64,000 nucleotides of DNA from a virus. Lineage: Duplodnaviria > Heunggongvirae > Uroviricota > Caudoviricetes. The notes below the pieces were generated by a model. That model was not told the DNA's origin, ran no database searches, and was given only the letters and a program-made list of their open reading frames with translations. The position numbers and the translations under genes were made by a program. Shown here piece by piece: positions 46,938 through 57,628 of the stretch. Position 1 is the first letter of the stretch; every line of letters starts with the position of its first letter. The DNA lies in IMG/VR virus record IMGVR_UViG_3300035210_000151; one strand, 5' to 3'.

Positions 46938-47217
46938 TTCTCCTGTTTTGTTTGAGCCGCCAAGTATATGGCTTGAATTGAATCATGTCAAGCACTTTTT
47001 TAACTGTTTTTAAAGTTAAAATTTAACCTTACTCTCTTTTGATGTTATTTTAATATTGGCTTAGTTGATGACTTGCATTTTTAGTTGTTTTTAAAATACT
47101 ATAATATTTATTAAAAACCCTTTAAAATCAACCTTTTACAATGTTAAAAACACAATAAAAAACTTGCTTTTTTAATCATTAAATGATACAATATATAGAC
47201 AGAGAAAGGGACTATAA

Positions 47218-48288
47218 ATGACACATAAAGTATACATAAACTACAACGAAGTTCAAGGTTTTTTAGAGCAACTTGTCACACCCATCAAAGAAGAAAAGAT
47301 CAGAGCATGGTTCAATAAGAAGTTAGCCAATCATTTGATGACCACTTACAAGAACGTGGCTGAGTTAGAAGTCGAGTCTGTTTATTCTTATTTCAATAAC
47401 CAAGAAGTCCCGATGGTTATTCAAAAAGCTGTTGAAAATGAAGAAAAGATTTATCACTTCAAAAAATCAATCGCGTTTAAAAATAAAATATCACAAGTAG
47501 TCGATTACCTTAAACACCTTGAAAGTAAATCAGTGAACATCGCTGGTATGCCTTTTGACGTAGCTTATGAGCAATCAGATAAATGGCACAAAAGTTTTTC
47601 TAAACCTAAAAGAAAAGCCCTTTCCGTTGATATGACGGGCCTTAATCTCATCAAGACCTTTGATAATGATTGTTTCCTTGCTGAGTTGGTAAGCAAAGAA
47701 CAGTTTACTTATGAAAGTAAGATGATGTCACATTGTGTTGAAAGTTATTATGGTCGTGACTATTCAAAAGTATTGACTTATCGCACTCCAGAAAACAAGC
47801 CTATGTTGACCATTGAAGTGGTTGATAAGCATAAAGGTTACTTTCGTATTGTTCAAGCGAAAGGGTTTGCAAACAAAGGCTTTATTCCAGAAGAACATGT
47901 TAAAAACGTATTAAATTATTTTGACTCACTTTCAGCGTCAGTTTCGTATGAAGACTGTTTGATTTTTGGTCATATGATTGATGAAACTGAACCGCTTATC
48001 ATTATGCCAGAAGGTTCTGTGTTTAATTGTGGTCGTTATGAATCTGAAATCGAGTTTAAATGTTGTGTTGGAATTCCAAAAGGCTCAGTGTTTCATGGCG
48101 ATTTAAGATTGTCTGCTGCACAATTGCCTATTTTGCAAGACATTACTGTCAATGGTGACTTAATTATTGATAACTCATTGATTGTTGCAATTATGGACAC
48201 AGTAAAAGTAACAGGTGAGATTTACATTTCACGATCATTAACCAGTATTGTTGCACCAGAACTTCAATCAAAAATAAGGAGAGATTAA
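47218..48288 (+). CDS. PcfJ-like domain protein
   Basis: ESKMMSHCVESY...MLTIEV...IVQAKGFAN pattern. Confidence 0.7.
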   Translation: MTHKVYINYNEVQGFLEQLVTPIKEEKIRAWFNKKLANHLMTTYKNVAELEVESVYSYFNNQEVPMVIQKAVENEEKIYHFKKSIAFKNKISQVVDYLKHLESKSVNIAGMPFDVAYEQSDKWHKSFSKPKRKALSVDMTGLNLIKTFDNDCFLAELVSKEQFTYESKMMSHCVESYYGRDYSKVLTYRTPENKPMLTIEVVDKHKGYFRIVQAKGFANKGFIPEEHVKNVLNYFDSLSASVSYEDCLIFGHMIDETEPLIIMPEGSVFNCGRYESEIEFKCCVGIPKGSVFHGDLRLSAAQLPILQDITVNGDLIIDNSLIVAIMDTVKVTGEIYISRSLTSIVAPELQSKIRRD

Positions 48289-48579
48289 TTGAATATAGAA
48301 GACATTGAATTTGTATCAAAGAAAGTGCGTGACCTCTACCAATCAGTAAGAGAAGGCAATATTAACTCTGTTGCTGATATTCAGTCGAAAGTCCAAGACA
48401 TTCGTAGATTGGCGATAGAAAAAGAAGTTCCTATTTTTATTGACGAAAAAGAACTTATTAAAATTATGCAAACCAGTGAAATCGGTGTGCCAGAAGAATA
48501 TGAAGAAGAAGAATCATCCGAATCTGAGGAATACGAACCAGAAGAAGAAGATGACGAAGAAACTGATAAAGAGGACTGA
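48289..48579 (+). CDS. Small highly acidic protein
   Basis: TTG start after GAGGAG; C-terminal EEYEEEESSESEEYEPEEEDDEETDKED. Confidence 0.65.
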   Translation: MNIEDIEFVSKKVRDLYQSVREGNINSVADIQSKVQDIRRLAIEKEVPIFIDEKELIKIMQTSEIGVPEEYEEEESSESEEYEPEEEDDEETDKED

Positions 48580-48581
48580 TA

Positions 48582-49568
48582 ATGATTGTTTTGGGATCAA
48601 AGGCGTTACACTTAAATTTAAATAATAATGTTGAGCGTTTTGAGAAATCAGACATTGACGTTGTTATGTGTATGGATGACTTTAAATCTTTTATCTCAAA
48701 AAATCAGCCGTTCATTACGAAAATGGTACCCACATCATCAACTAAATACGCCATTCGTTTAGAAAATAATCGAATTCAACACTATGAAATTGAAATTGCA
48801 TTTAAAGGATCTTCTCAATGGTTGTTGGATAACCATGAGAACATCTCGGCTGGTCAGTTTGCTGATGATTGTGGTAACGTTTTTGAATTTGCAAACAGTG
48901 AAATTCTTTATCTTACAAAAAAGTCACATATCCACTACCCTATTCATTATGATAAGAGTATTGCGGATTATTCTTTATTGAAAGATGTGGTTGATTTTGA
49001 AAAGGTAGAACAATATAAGGAATACTTTACACTTCGCTCACAAGAAACAAAAGAGCGTATCAATAAACGATTACCAACACTTAATAGAACCAATGAAGAA
49101 TTTTTCGACCGTTCTAAAAATGTCGTAGGCTATGTGTTTGAACATGATGATATTCACGAAGCGATTAAGCATTACGAACGTCCAGTGTATGAAATGATGA
49201 AGAAAGATTTTTCCAAAGCATGGTGTGAAAAAGATATGTTCCATAACCTTCCACATGAATACAAGGTTAGATGTGTTCAGGAAGAGGCTTATGTGATTGC
49301 TCTTGAACGTTACATCATTCTAAGGAAGGGACACTACAAAGATCCACAGATGGCTTACAAGGCTGCACTGCAGCGTATCTGCACTACTTTGTGTTCTGGA
49401 TTCTTTCGTGACTTTGCTGTTGAAAACTATTTTGAAATTTTGGACGCTTATTCTGACAATTACGTCACCAAGTTTAAAGACAAGCTCTTTTCTGGGTTGG
49501 TTAAAAAGCTGGAACATGTTCCTCATGATAAATATGAAGATGTCTTGAAACATATGATTGCCGCTTAA
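48582..49568 (+). CDS. Conserved phage protein with N-terminal nucleotidyltransferase-like motif
   Basis: GSKAL...SDIDVV (GS...DxD) and FEHDDIHEAI...CVQEEAYVIALER, as seen in large myovirus proteins (from memory). Confidence 0.55.
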   Translation: MIVLGSKALHLNLNNNVERFEKSDIDVVMCMDDFKSFISKNQPFITKMVPTSSTKYAIRLENNRIQHYEIEIAFKGSSQWLLDNHENISAGQFADDCGNVFEFANSEILYLTKKSHIHYPIHYDKSIADYSLLKDVVDFEKVEQYKEYFTLRSQETKERINKRLPTLNRTNEEFFDRSKNVVGYVFEHDDIHEAIKHYERPVYEMMKKDFSKAWCEKDMFHNLPHEYKVRCVQEEAYVIALERYIILRKGHYKDPQMAYKAALQRICTTLCSGFFRDFAVENYFEILDAYSDNYVTKFKDKLFSGLVKKLEHVPHDKYEDVLKHMIAA

Positions 49569-49727
49569 TAATTGTTAATCAATTAAGTTAAACCATTAAA
49601 ATCTGTATAGTTCGCTATATGGATTTTTTTATTTTCCAGTTTCTTGATAAAGACTTTCCCATTTTTAGCTAATTGTATATTCTCATTATTGTATCATAAT
49701 TGAGTTAAACAAATACAGGAGGAAGTT

Positions 49728-50432
49728 ATGATAGAAGTCAAACGTTCAAGAGATAGAGGTTATGCGGATCATGGCTGGTTAAAAAGTTATCATTCCTTTT
49801 CTTTCGCATCGTATTATGATCCAGCGAATATGCATTTTTCTTATTTAAGAGTGATTAATGATGATATTATTGGCCCTGATCATGGGTTTGGACAACATCC
49901 ACACAATAATATGGAAATCTTTACTTATGTATTAGATGGCGAATTAGAGCATAAAGATACATTGGGTACAGGTTCGGTGATTAAAGCAGGAGATGTTCAG
50001 TTGATGAGCACGGGTTATGGTGTGCAGCATAGTGAATACAACCCCTCTCATGAGAAACCAGTACATTTGTTACAGATATGGATTATACCTAACCAAAATG
50101 ATACTAAACCAACCTATCAACAAGAACACTTTTCAACTGAGTCAAAGTTGAATAAGTTGAAAATGATTGTTTCTGATGCAGGTCAAGAAGATTCGATGGT
50201 GATTAAGCAGGATATCAAAGTGTATGCAAGCATCTTGGAAGAAGGACACAAATTGCATCACAGTAACTATAAAAATCGTTGTGTCTATCTGCAAGTCGCC
50301 ACAGGGCATTTAAAAGTGAACAGTTTTGACTTGAAAGCGGGTGATGCTCTTATGGTAACAGGTGAAGAAAGTTTAAACATCACATCCGTTGGAAATTCTG
50401 AATTCTTGTTGTTTGATTTGCCAGCAATTTGA
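49728..50432 (+). CDS. yhhW: Pirin-family protein (YhhW-like)
   Basis: RGYADHGWLKSYHSFSF, LRVINDD, HPHNNMEIFTY, LEHKD, VQLMSTG, HSE, LQIW. Confidence 0.9.
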   Translation: MIEVKRSRDRGYADHGWLKSYHSFSFASYYDPANMHFSYLRVINDDIIGPDHGFGQHPHNNMEIFTYVLDGELEHKDTLGTGSVIKAGDVQLMSTGYGVQHSEYNPSHEKPVHLLQIWIIPNQNDTKPTYQQEHFSTESKLNKLKMIVSDAGQEDSMVIKQDIKVYASILEEGHKLHHSNYKNRCVYLQVATGHLKVNSFDLKAGDALMVTGEESLNITSVGNSEFLLFDLPAI

Positions 50433-50494
50433 TATTGATATTTGTGTCGATTCTTGATATAATCACTCTCTAATTTTCTAGGAGAGTTTTTTCT

Positions 50495-51448
50495 ATGTCT
50501 CGACACCATTTGATTGACAGTGATTTGGATTTTTTTTTTACTGAAGACGCTGCCACATTTAAGAAAAAAATTGCTAAACGAGTGTATTCTCCTTGGCAAG
50601 AGAGAGGCAATGAAAAACGGTTAAAATTTATCCATATGATTCTTCATCATGTTATTTTGACCAGCTACACTCAAAAAGTAGTTATTCATGATTGGAAAGC
50701 AATCTTTGCTAAGTTGGAAGAGGCTGGTTATGTGTTTAAATCATCAGACTACTTCCCAGAAAATCGTGGTCATCAAGTTCGTGTTCAAACCAATAAAAAG
50801 AATGGCGATTATATGTATGTAAACATGCTTGAAACTTCACACTATTTGGACATGATTAAAATGCTACATGCCGGTGGTGTTGTTGTGAATGAAACAGAAT
50901 TGCATAAATTCTTAAAAAAAGTAGGTGTTGTTGATAAGGCTGTTACTGATTTCTTTGTCAGTATTGGTTTTGATTTGGAACCTGTTTTGTTGGATATGTC
51001 TATTGATGATGACATTGAAACCTTGATTGACAGTAACTTTGATAGACATTTGCTTAATCCATCTAATCCAAACTTAGATGCTAAGGCTAGTGATAAAATT
51101 AAAAAGTATCTTGACGAACAAACAGTAAAAGCTCAGCGAATTAAAGCTTATATTAGTAGCACTGAGATTTCTACTGATCGAGCTAATGAAATCTATAAAC
51201 ATTTTTCTGTTAGTTATGATAAGATGGAAACGTATCCAGAATTTAAAGGTCGCTATCTTGCGGATATTTGCATTTTTTATGCTTGTGCTGATCAATTGAA
51301 GACAGAAGCTTTTTATATGGATGTTCAAGTTGATTTGATTAAACTACTTGAAGCAAAGACTAACATTAAATTTCTTCAAGACCATGCAGTAGGCTCTCAT
51401 CGTAGGATAGGTGAGACTGCTGGCAAAAAGAATCATTGGGAACTTTGA
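50495..51448 (+). CDS. Hypothetical protein
   Basis: AGGAG RBS, 317 aa. Confidence 0.75.
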   Translation: MSRHHLIDSDLDFFFTEDAATFKKKIAKRVYSPWQERGNEKRLKFIHMILHHVILTSYTQKVVIHDWKAIFAKLEEAGYVFKSSDYFPENRGHQVRVQTNKKNGDYMYVNMLETSHYLDMIKMLHAGGVVVNETELHKFLKKVGVVDKAVTDFFVSIGFDLEPVLLDMSIDDDIETLIDSNFDRHLLNPSNPNLDAKASDKIKKYLDEQTVKAQRIKAYISSTEISTDRANEIYKHFSVSYDKMETYPEFKGRYLADICIFYACADQLKTEAFYMDVQVDLIKLLEAKTNIKFLQDHAVGSHRRIGETAGKKNHWEL

Positions 51449-52146
51449 TGACGATTACTAATCACTATGGATCTCGAACTGAGTTGTCTAAGGATTTCAT
51501 CCTGACACCTACACAATATTATGCGTTCGAAAAATTTGAAAATTCTTTTCCGTATCCTATTAAGTATGATAAGAATACAGAAGCATTTACTATTGGTTTT
51601 CGAGAATTTAATCAAACAGAAACGTTCGCCAGTCATTTGTTTTCGAATAATATGGATCTCTCTCATAAGGTTTTGTTTCGTGCAATGAATACGACTTATA
51701 GAGAATTTGAAACCTACCTTTCAACAGTTGTCGAAAAAAATCTAAAATTTATTACATTAAACTCTGCATTTGATCGTATATACGGAGTTTTTCAGTTAAA
51801 AGAAAACTATGTATTGTTTTCTGATATTGAATACTATGAACTCTGCTATTCAACTAATTTTACAGCTTCCGGCCATGCTTATTATTTGTTTCGCTTTTAT
51901 TTGGATGACATTGAACCTTCTTGTGTGGTAGAAGATAGGTATTCGGTATCTAATTTTCCTTATCATAGTGATCCACAGGAAGCTGTTAGACCAAAAATTA
52001 TTATTTCAACACATTACAAGAATCTTCAACCAATTAATCGTCTTTTTTTGTTTAATTATAAACGAGAGCTTGCCAAAAAATTTGAATGCTTACCCGAAGA
52101 GGTTAATGATGATATACTTGATGTTTTTGATATGACCGTGATTTAA
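51436..52146 (+). CDS. Hypothetical protein with Met(-4) tag (start uncertain)
   Basis: Ends NDDILDVFDMTVI. Confidence 0.65.
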   Translation: MGTLMTITNHYGSRTELSKDFILTPTQYYAFEKFENSFPYPIKYDKNTEAFTIGFREFNQTETFASHLFSNNMDLSHKVLFRAMNTTYREFETYLSTVVEKNLKFITLNSAFDRIYGVFQLKENYVLFSDIEYYELCYSTNFTASGHAYYLFRFYLDDIEPSCVVEDRYSVSNFPYHSDPQEAVRPKIIISTHYKNLQPINRLFLFNYKRELAKKFECLPEEVNDDILDVFDMTVI

Positions 52147-52171
52147 AAAGACCTCTTACGAGGTCTTTTTT
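52145..52171. terminator. Bidirectional terminator
   Basis: AAAAAGACCTC-TTAC-GAGGTCTTTTTT. Confidence 0.8.
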
Positions 52172-52183
52172 ATTATTTAAATC

Positions 52184-53215
52184 TTAATTTAATGCTTTAA
52201 TGTAAACTTCTTTAACACTTGTTAAATCAAAATGTGAACCTGATGAGTTTGTGTATGATATACACATAGGGTTTGTACCTACTCTATTATTACCACCACA
52301 TACTCCACCATTACCATAAGTATTAAATAAGCCAAAAATACTTGTCATGTCTTGTGGAACAATTGTATTCCAGCCATTAGCTCTTATGAATAAAGTTTTT
52401 GCTCCAATGGAAGTGTTAGCTGAAAAACCACTAGGTCCAATAACAGTGTTTGCATTAAAAGTTGAAAATGATTGCCATGTTCCGAATGCTGCTGTCCAGC
52501 TTGTGTTATAATTTTTAACTAACATTTTTGAACTAGCGTTTATAGAATTAAATGGCACGACTGGGTAATTAGACGAATTGTTAGTATATGTCAACATTTT
52601 ATTTCCTTTTACACCCAAATCATTCCAAGTAGCTAGCGGCACAGATGGATCGGCTGCCCATCTTGCAACTAATATCCATTGTCCACCATCATCAGTCATG
52701 TTAACATAGGCTGGGAAACTACCACTTTTACCATCTGATATTTGATAAATACGGCTTTGTCCTTGCACTGGATTAATAATCGTTAGGTATACGCTTTGGG
52801 TTCCAATAGATTCTTTTGTATTAGTAAGGTCTGTTAATAATTTTTCATTTTTAGAATCAATATACGGTTCTCCCACATCTCTCAATTTATTAGTAATATT
52901 ATTGAGTTCTTGATCGATCATTTGAGCAAACTGCTTACCTTTACAATCCTTTGCAGTTTGTGTGAATGTTTTTCCTGATTCAATAGTTTCTGGTTTAGGT
53001 GTCCATGTTTTACATTCATATCTGTAAAATTCATTGTCAGTGGCAGGATCTGCCCAACCAATAAATTTAGGGTCTGTCTTTATCCATTGTGGTTTTGAAA
53101 AAGCTATGCTGCTTTTGTCAGGATTTATGACGACAGTATATTTTGCATAAGAGACAGTGCCAGTAATAGCCGCAGCCATTAAAGCTAAGTAAAGTGTTTT
53201 ATTTTTCATATTCAT
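52184..53215 (-). CDS. Exported protein with fibrinogen-C-like (lectin/adhesin-type) domain, copy 1
   Basis: Signal peptide; FPAYVNMTDDGGQWILVARW resembles the start of a fibrinogen-related domain. Confidence 0.6.
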   Translation of the reverse strand: MNMKNKTLYLALMAAAITGTVSYAKYTVVINPDKSSIAFSKPQWIKTDPKFIGWADPATDNEFYRYECKTWTPKPETIESGKTFTQTAKDCKGKQFAQMIDQELNNITNKLRDVGEPYIDSKNEKLLTDLTNTKESIGTQSVYLTIINPVQGQSRIYQISDGKSGSFPAYVNMTDDGGQWILVARWAADPSVPLATWNDLGVKGNKMLTYTNNSSNYPVVPFNSINASSKMLVKNYNTSWTAAFGTWQSFSTFNANTVIGPSGFSANTSIGAKTLFIRANGWNTIVPQDMTSIFGLFNTYGNGGVCGGNNRVGTNPMCISYTNSSGSHFDLTSVKEVYIKALN

Positions 53216-53335
53216 TTTATTTATTCTTGTTATTTTATTACTATCATACTATTCTTGATTTATAAGTCAAAAAAAATACTATTTTTTTTTCTAAAAATAG
53301 TATTTTTTGTAAACTATAAAGTTATTGTTTCAATC

Positions 53336-54355
53336 TTAATTTAATGCTTTAATGTAAGCTTCTTTAAGGCTAGTTACATCGAAGTGTACACCAGTATCAC
53401 CTGTATACGTTAGGCACATTGGTTTCGAAGCTACTATGTTAGCACCACCACAAACTCCGGTATTACTGTATGCAGAGAAGAATCCGACTATACTGGTCAT
53501 GTCTTGTGGAATTTGATTATACCAACCGTTAGCTCTTATAAATAATGTTTTATTCCCTATGGATGTTTTTGCACTAATACCTGATGAACCTATTACTGTG
53601 CCCGGTGCAAAGGTTGAGAATGATTGCCAAGACCCGAACGCAGCCGTCCAGTTTGCTCCATAACTTTTAATTAACATACGGCTACTTTCATTTTTACTGC
53701 CTGTTGGCAATACTGGATAGCTACCACTTGCATTGCTGTAGGTTGTTATTGGATTACCTTTAACAGCAAAATTATTAAATGTTACTGATCCTGCTGGTGA
53801 TGCCGTCCATCTGGCTATCAAAATCCAGTTACCACCATCATCAGTCATGTTAACATAGGCTGGGAAGCTGCCACTTTTACCATCCGATATTTGATAGATA
53901 CCACTTTGACCTTGCACTGGATTTATAATTGTTAAATAGACGCTTTTAGTTCCAACGGACTCTTGTGTATCAGTAAGGTCTGTTAATATTTTTTCATTAG
54001 TAGAATCAATATAAGGTTCACCTACGTCTCTCAATTTGTTTGTAATATTATTTAATTCTTGATCGATCATTTTAGCAAACTGTTTACCCTTGCAATCAGT
54101 GGCTGTTTGTGTAAATTTTTTACCGAGTTCAACAGTTTCTGGTTTCGGTGTCCAGACTTTACATTCATACCTGTAAAATTCATTGTCAGTTGATGGATCG
54201 ATCCATGCTAAAAATTTAGGGTCTGTTTTTAACCATTGTGGTTTAGAGAATGAAATACTTGATTTATCTGGGTTAATGATTACGGTATAGTTAGCATATG
54301 AGATACCAGTAATCGCTGCAACTGCTAAGTAAAGTGCTTTTTGTCTTATATTCAT
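53336..54355 (-). CDS. Exported protein with fibrinogen-C-like domain, copy 2
   Basis: Tandem paralog; DDGGNWILIARW; ends YIKALN like copy 1. Confidence 0.6.
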   Translation of the reverse strand: MNIRQKALYLAVAAITGISYANYTVIINPDKSSISFSKPQWLKTDPKFLAWIDPSTDNEFYRYECKVWTPKPETVELGKKFTQTATDCKGKQFAKMIDQELNNITNKLRDVGEPYIDSTNEKILTDLTDTQESVGTKSVYLTIINPVQGQSGIYQISDGKSGSFPAYVNMTDDGGNWILIARWTASPAGSVTFNNFAVKGNPITTYSNASGSYPVLPTGSKNESSRMLIKSYGANWTAAFGSWQSFSTFAPGTVIGSSGISAKTSIGNKTLFIRANGWYNQIPQDMTSIVGFFSAYSNTGVCGGANIVASKPMCLTYTGDTGVHFDVTSLKEAYIKALN

Positions 54356-54568
54356 TTTTATTATTCTTATTATTTTATATTACTATAATACTATTAAATT
54401 AAAATTAAGTCAAAATGAAATATAGTTTTTTATATGAAATTCAAATTTATTTTTTAAAATATTTTTCATTATTTCTAAATTGACAATAAAGATTATCATT
54501 TTTACCATCTAATCATTTCGATAAAATATGCTATTATCTATTCATAAACTAATTTGGAGAGAATAATT

Positions 54569-54817
54569 ATGAGTAAATATATTTATGCACTATTAGGTTC
54601 ACTATTAATATCATCAACTGCTTTTGCAGCTACCAGCACAACCACACCAGAGATGTATAAGTATGGTGACAAGTTAGATGTAGCCAAAGTTGTATCTATG
54701 TCAAAAATACCAGATAATCTTTGTGAAGCTGTTCCGGCTACTATGACGTATTTAGATTCAAAAGGCGTTCAACACACAATGGAATATCAAGTATTAGCTG
54801 ATGGTTGCACTCAGTAA
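54569..54817 (+). CDS. DUF2790-family exported protein
   Basis: Signal peptide; YKYGDKLDVAKVVS...CEAVPATMTYLDSKG...EYQVLADGC. Confidence 0.8.
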   Translation: MSKYIYALLGSLLISSTAFAATSTTTPEMYKYGDKLDVAKVVSMSKIPDNLCEAVPATMTYLDSKGVQHTMEYQVLADGCTQ

Positions 54818-54977
54818 TTAGTTTGCATCTGTTTACAAAAAAGACCTTACCGTAAGGTCTTTTTTATTGCCTACATTTTATTGTATTAAATTTGGTAATA
54901 GTGTTTGTGTAAGAGTGTGTCTAATCATTTTTAAATAAAGATTTATACTTTTTATTAACAACTATGGAGATAAAATC

Positions 54978-55229
54978 ATGAAACAATTACTTGTATTACT
55001 ATTATTACTCAGTTCTTGCCAAGTTTCTTTTGCAAAAGATAATGATATAAATGTGCCTATTGAGCATTATCAATATGGTGATACCTTAGACATTGCAAAA
55101 GTCATAGAAGTGGATACACCACCAGATGTTTGTGCCGTTGTGAAAACACATATGTTATATTTAGATTCAAAAGGAGCCAAACATAATTTAGAATACAACA
55201 TCATGGGCAATGGTTGCTCAAATGGTTGA
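54978..55229 (+). CDS. DUF2790-family exported protein (second copy)
   Basis: YQYGDTLDIAKVI...CAVVKTHMLYLDSKG...LEYNIMGNGCSNG. Confidence 0.8.
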   Translation: MKQLLVLLLLLSSCQVSFAKDNDINVPIEHYQYGDTLDIAKVIEVDTPPDVCAVVKTHMLYLDSKGAKHNLEYNIMGNGCSNG

Positions 55230-55329
55230 TATTATGAATGGAGATTAAAAAATATTTCATTTGATTTTTTTCGTATATTAAGATATAGTGATCAACTAAC
55301 TATCACTTATCAAAGGAGCTGGAAAACAC

Positions 55330-55980
55330 ATGTTTAAGCAATATATTTTGGGCTTCGTCATTGCAATGACAACGCTGACGGCATTCGCTGACAATGAAGA
55401 AACGTATAAGGATGATATTCCATTCCTGATTAGTCAGATAGGCCAGCATAAGAAATTAAATATAGAAGGTTACAAAGTCAATAAGGAAAATGAAGGGTTT
55501 ATTGCATCAGAAAGTAAAACTCCTGAAAAATTTGAAGTTGATACTGATGTGAGTGATCTGTCAAAATTTGAATATTATTTAAGAGAAGATGGCAACATCA
55601 TTGCTCGACTAACTTACTCAAATGAAAAAGTGTATAAGGCAGACATTCTGATTCAGGCTATCAGTTTTAGGTCAGATTATCGTTATCCATCTTATGTTAT
55701 TTCGGGTGAGCGACAGTCCGATTTTTACCGCCATGATGTTGTGGATTATCTGTTGAGCACTGGTTGGGTGAATAAAGGCATGTTTGAAAACGAATATGTC
55801 AAAGATAATTACATTATTAAAGTGGCTCACTCCCCTGATTATTCACTTATTCTTGAAATTACTGACAAAGACTTAGTGACTGAACTTAATTCCATTAAAA
55901 TGGATAAAGATACCTACAAAGAAGATGATGAATATCTTAAAGGTATTTACACCAACTTGATGTCAAAGAATAATCAGTAA
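55330..55980 (+). CDS. Exported hypothetical protein
   Basis: Signal peptide (AFA-D). Confidence 0.7.
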   Translation: MFKQYILGFVIAMTTLTAFADNEETYKDDIPFLISQIGQHKKLNIEGYKVNKENEGFIASESKTPEKFEVDTDVSDLSKFEYYLREDGNIIARLTYSNEKVYKADILIQAISFRSDYRYPSYVISGERQSDFYRHDVVDYLLSTGWVNKGMFENEYVKDNYIIKVAHSPDYSLILEITDKDLVTELNSIKMDKDTYKEDDEYLKGIYTNLMSKNNQ

Positions 55981-56074
55981 CTGTTAAATATCAAAATGTC
56001 ACTTCGGTGGCATTTTTTTTGGCATAAAAAAGGCAACTGTGGAAGTTGCCAAATATATCAAGTGCATCAAGTTT

Positions 56075-56248
56075 TTAAGTTATCTTTGACATGGCTTTTC
56101 GACCAAGAAAGAATGTAATGATACATATAATTAAGAACAATACAAACAATACTTTGGCAATACCCATTGCAGTACCTGCGATTGTAGTGAAACCTAATAA
56201 CCCTGCTACTAAAGCTAATATAAGGAATATTGCTGACCATCTAAGCAT
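56075..56248 (-). CDS. DUF1328 (UPF0391/YtjA-like) small membrane protein absent from ORF track
   Basis: AGGAGG RBS; MLRWSAIFLILALVAGLLGFTTIAGTAMGIAKVLFVLFLIICIITFFLGRKAMSKIT*. Confidence 0.85.
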   Translation of the reverse strand: MLRWSAIFLILALVAGLLGFTTIAGTAMGIAKVLFVLFLIICIITFFLGRKAMSKIT

Positions 56249-56387
56249 AAGACACCTCCTAAAATTGAGTTACTTACTTATAACATTTTTTTACATAAAA
56301 GTCAATGGTAATCATTCTCATTTGGTGAAATTAATAAATTGTTTTCCATTTTTTAAAGCTATATGGTAAACTTAAACTATACACATT

Positions 56388-56978
56388 ATGGAGATTATTT
56401 TGGAAAATTTAGACAAGCCAGCAATTATAGATTACTTGAAAAACAACAAGACTGAAAACGCAGAAGTTCTTATTGATTATCTCAATAAACGTACTGATCT
56501 TTTTTCAAGATCCGATGAGATAGGGCATGTAACATGTTCTGCTTTTATCATGAGTGATGACCTTACTAATGTGTTATTGATCCATCATGCTAAATATGAC
56601 ATGTGGCTTTCACCGGGTGGACACGGTGATGCTGGGGAAACTATTCTTCAAGCTGCATCCAGAGAAGTTGATGAAGAAACTGGCGTTAAAGGTATGTCTG
56701 TGGTGACACCAAAGATCTTTGACATTGATATTCACAGAATTCCTTACTCAGCTAAGAAAGATGAAGCTGAACACTGGCACTTTGATGTAAGGTATGCGTT
56801 TAAAGCCCCAGCTAATGTCTCTATTAATTTGAATGAAGTCGAATGTAAAGGATATCAATGGAAGCCGCTAAAAGACCTATTAACAATAGATAACGTATCT
56901 TTGAAAAGACAAGCTGAGAAAGCAACCGCACTCATTGAACAAATGAAACCAAAAACGATAAAAAAATTTAAAATGTAA
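56388..56978 (+). CDS. NUDIX hydrolase
   Basis: GHVTCSAF, PGGHGDAGETILQAASREVDEETG Nudix box, EHWHFDVRY. Confidence 0.9.
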   Translation: MEIILENLDKPAIIDYLKNNKTENAEVLIDYLNKRTDLFSRSDEIGHVTCSAFIMSDDLTNVLLIHHAKYDMWLSPGGHGDAGETILQAASREVDEETGVKGMSVVTPKIFDIDIHRIPYSAKKDEAEHWHFDVRYAFKAPANVSINLNEVECKGYQWKPLKDLLTIDNVSLKRQAEKATALIEQMKPKTIKKFKM

Positions 56979-57000
56979 AAAAAGAGGCTTCGGCCTCTTT
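56977..57000. terminator. Bidirectional terminator
   Basis: AAAGAGGC-TTCG-GCCTCTTT with upstream A-run. Confidence 0.8.
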
Positions 57001-57001
57001 C

Positions 57002-57613
57002 TTATTGAATTGAATACATCTCAGCGACTTTAAGTTCATCATCGTCAAAATTAATAAAGGTTTTATTAAAATCAATTTGTAATTGTTTGATAATATCAAA
57101 CTTTATTCGTTTATTTTTATACATCAGAGAATGTTCAGTATCAAAAGATATTGCCTTGCCTCTAATATAAGTAGTGTAGTTTTTAATATCACCTCTAACA
57201 GCAATACATTCATTTTCTAAACTTAAAACTTTTCTAATGTCTTCATATTTTAATTGTAAGTTTAAGTCTTCTATTTTCTTATAATTGATTATGCGGTAAC
57301 CATAATGTATCAAACTGATATACAGTATCAATGATGTTGGTATTTGTTTTATGCACGTATTAACAAATAAGGTTATCAGTAAAGCTAAAAAAATGACTAT
57401 TTCAATTTTACTAATATGGATGAATTTTCTTTTTTTCAATACAAGATAATCTAGCACTAATATCATAACAAATGCGACAACAAGCAAAAGCATTAACAAC
57501 TCACCATTGGGTTTTTTGCCTATTGTTAATGATTGTGTAGAATAAGTGATGGTTGTCAATATAAATGATAACATCGTTAAATAAGTACCATTACTTGTTA
57601 TTCTTTTTATCAT
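57002..57613 (-). CDS. Multi-pass membrane protein with C-terminal Met tag
   Basis: About 4 TM; ends NFDDDELKVAEMYSIQ. Confidence 0.75.
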   Translation of the reverse strand: MIKRITSNGTYLTMLSFILTTITYSTQSLTIGKKPNGELLMLLLVVAFVMILVLDYLVLKKRKFIHISKIEIVIFLALLITLFVNTCIKQIPTSLILYISLIHYGYRIINYKKIEDLNLQLKYEDIRKVLSLENECIAVRGDIKNYTTYIRGKAISFDTEHSLMYKNKRIKFDIIKQLQIDFNKTFINFDDDELKVAEMYSIQ

Positions 57614-57628
57614 TTTATTTTCCTTTAT

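Noticed and set aside
52184-54355. Diversity-generating retroelement VR/TR pair
   Set aside because: No reverse transcriptase in the window; both copies are full genes, and I could not show adenine-restricted differences.
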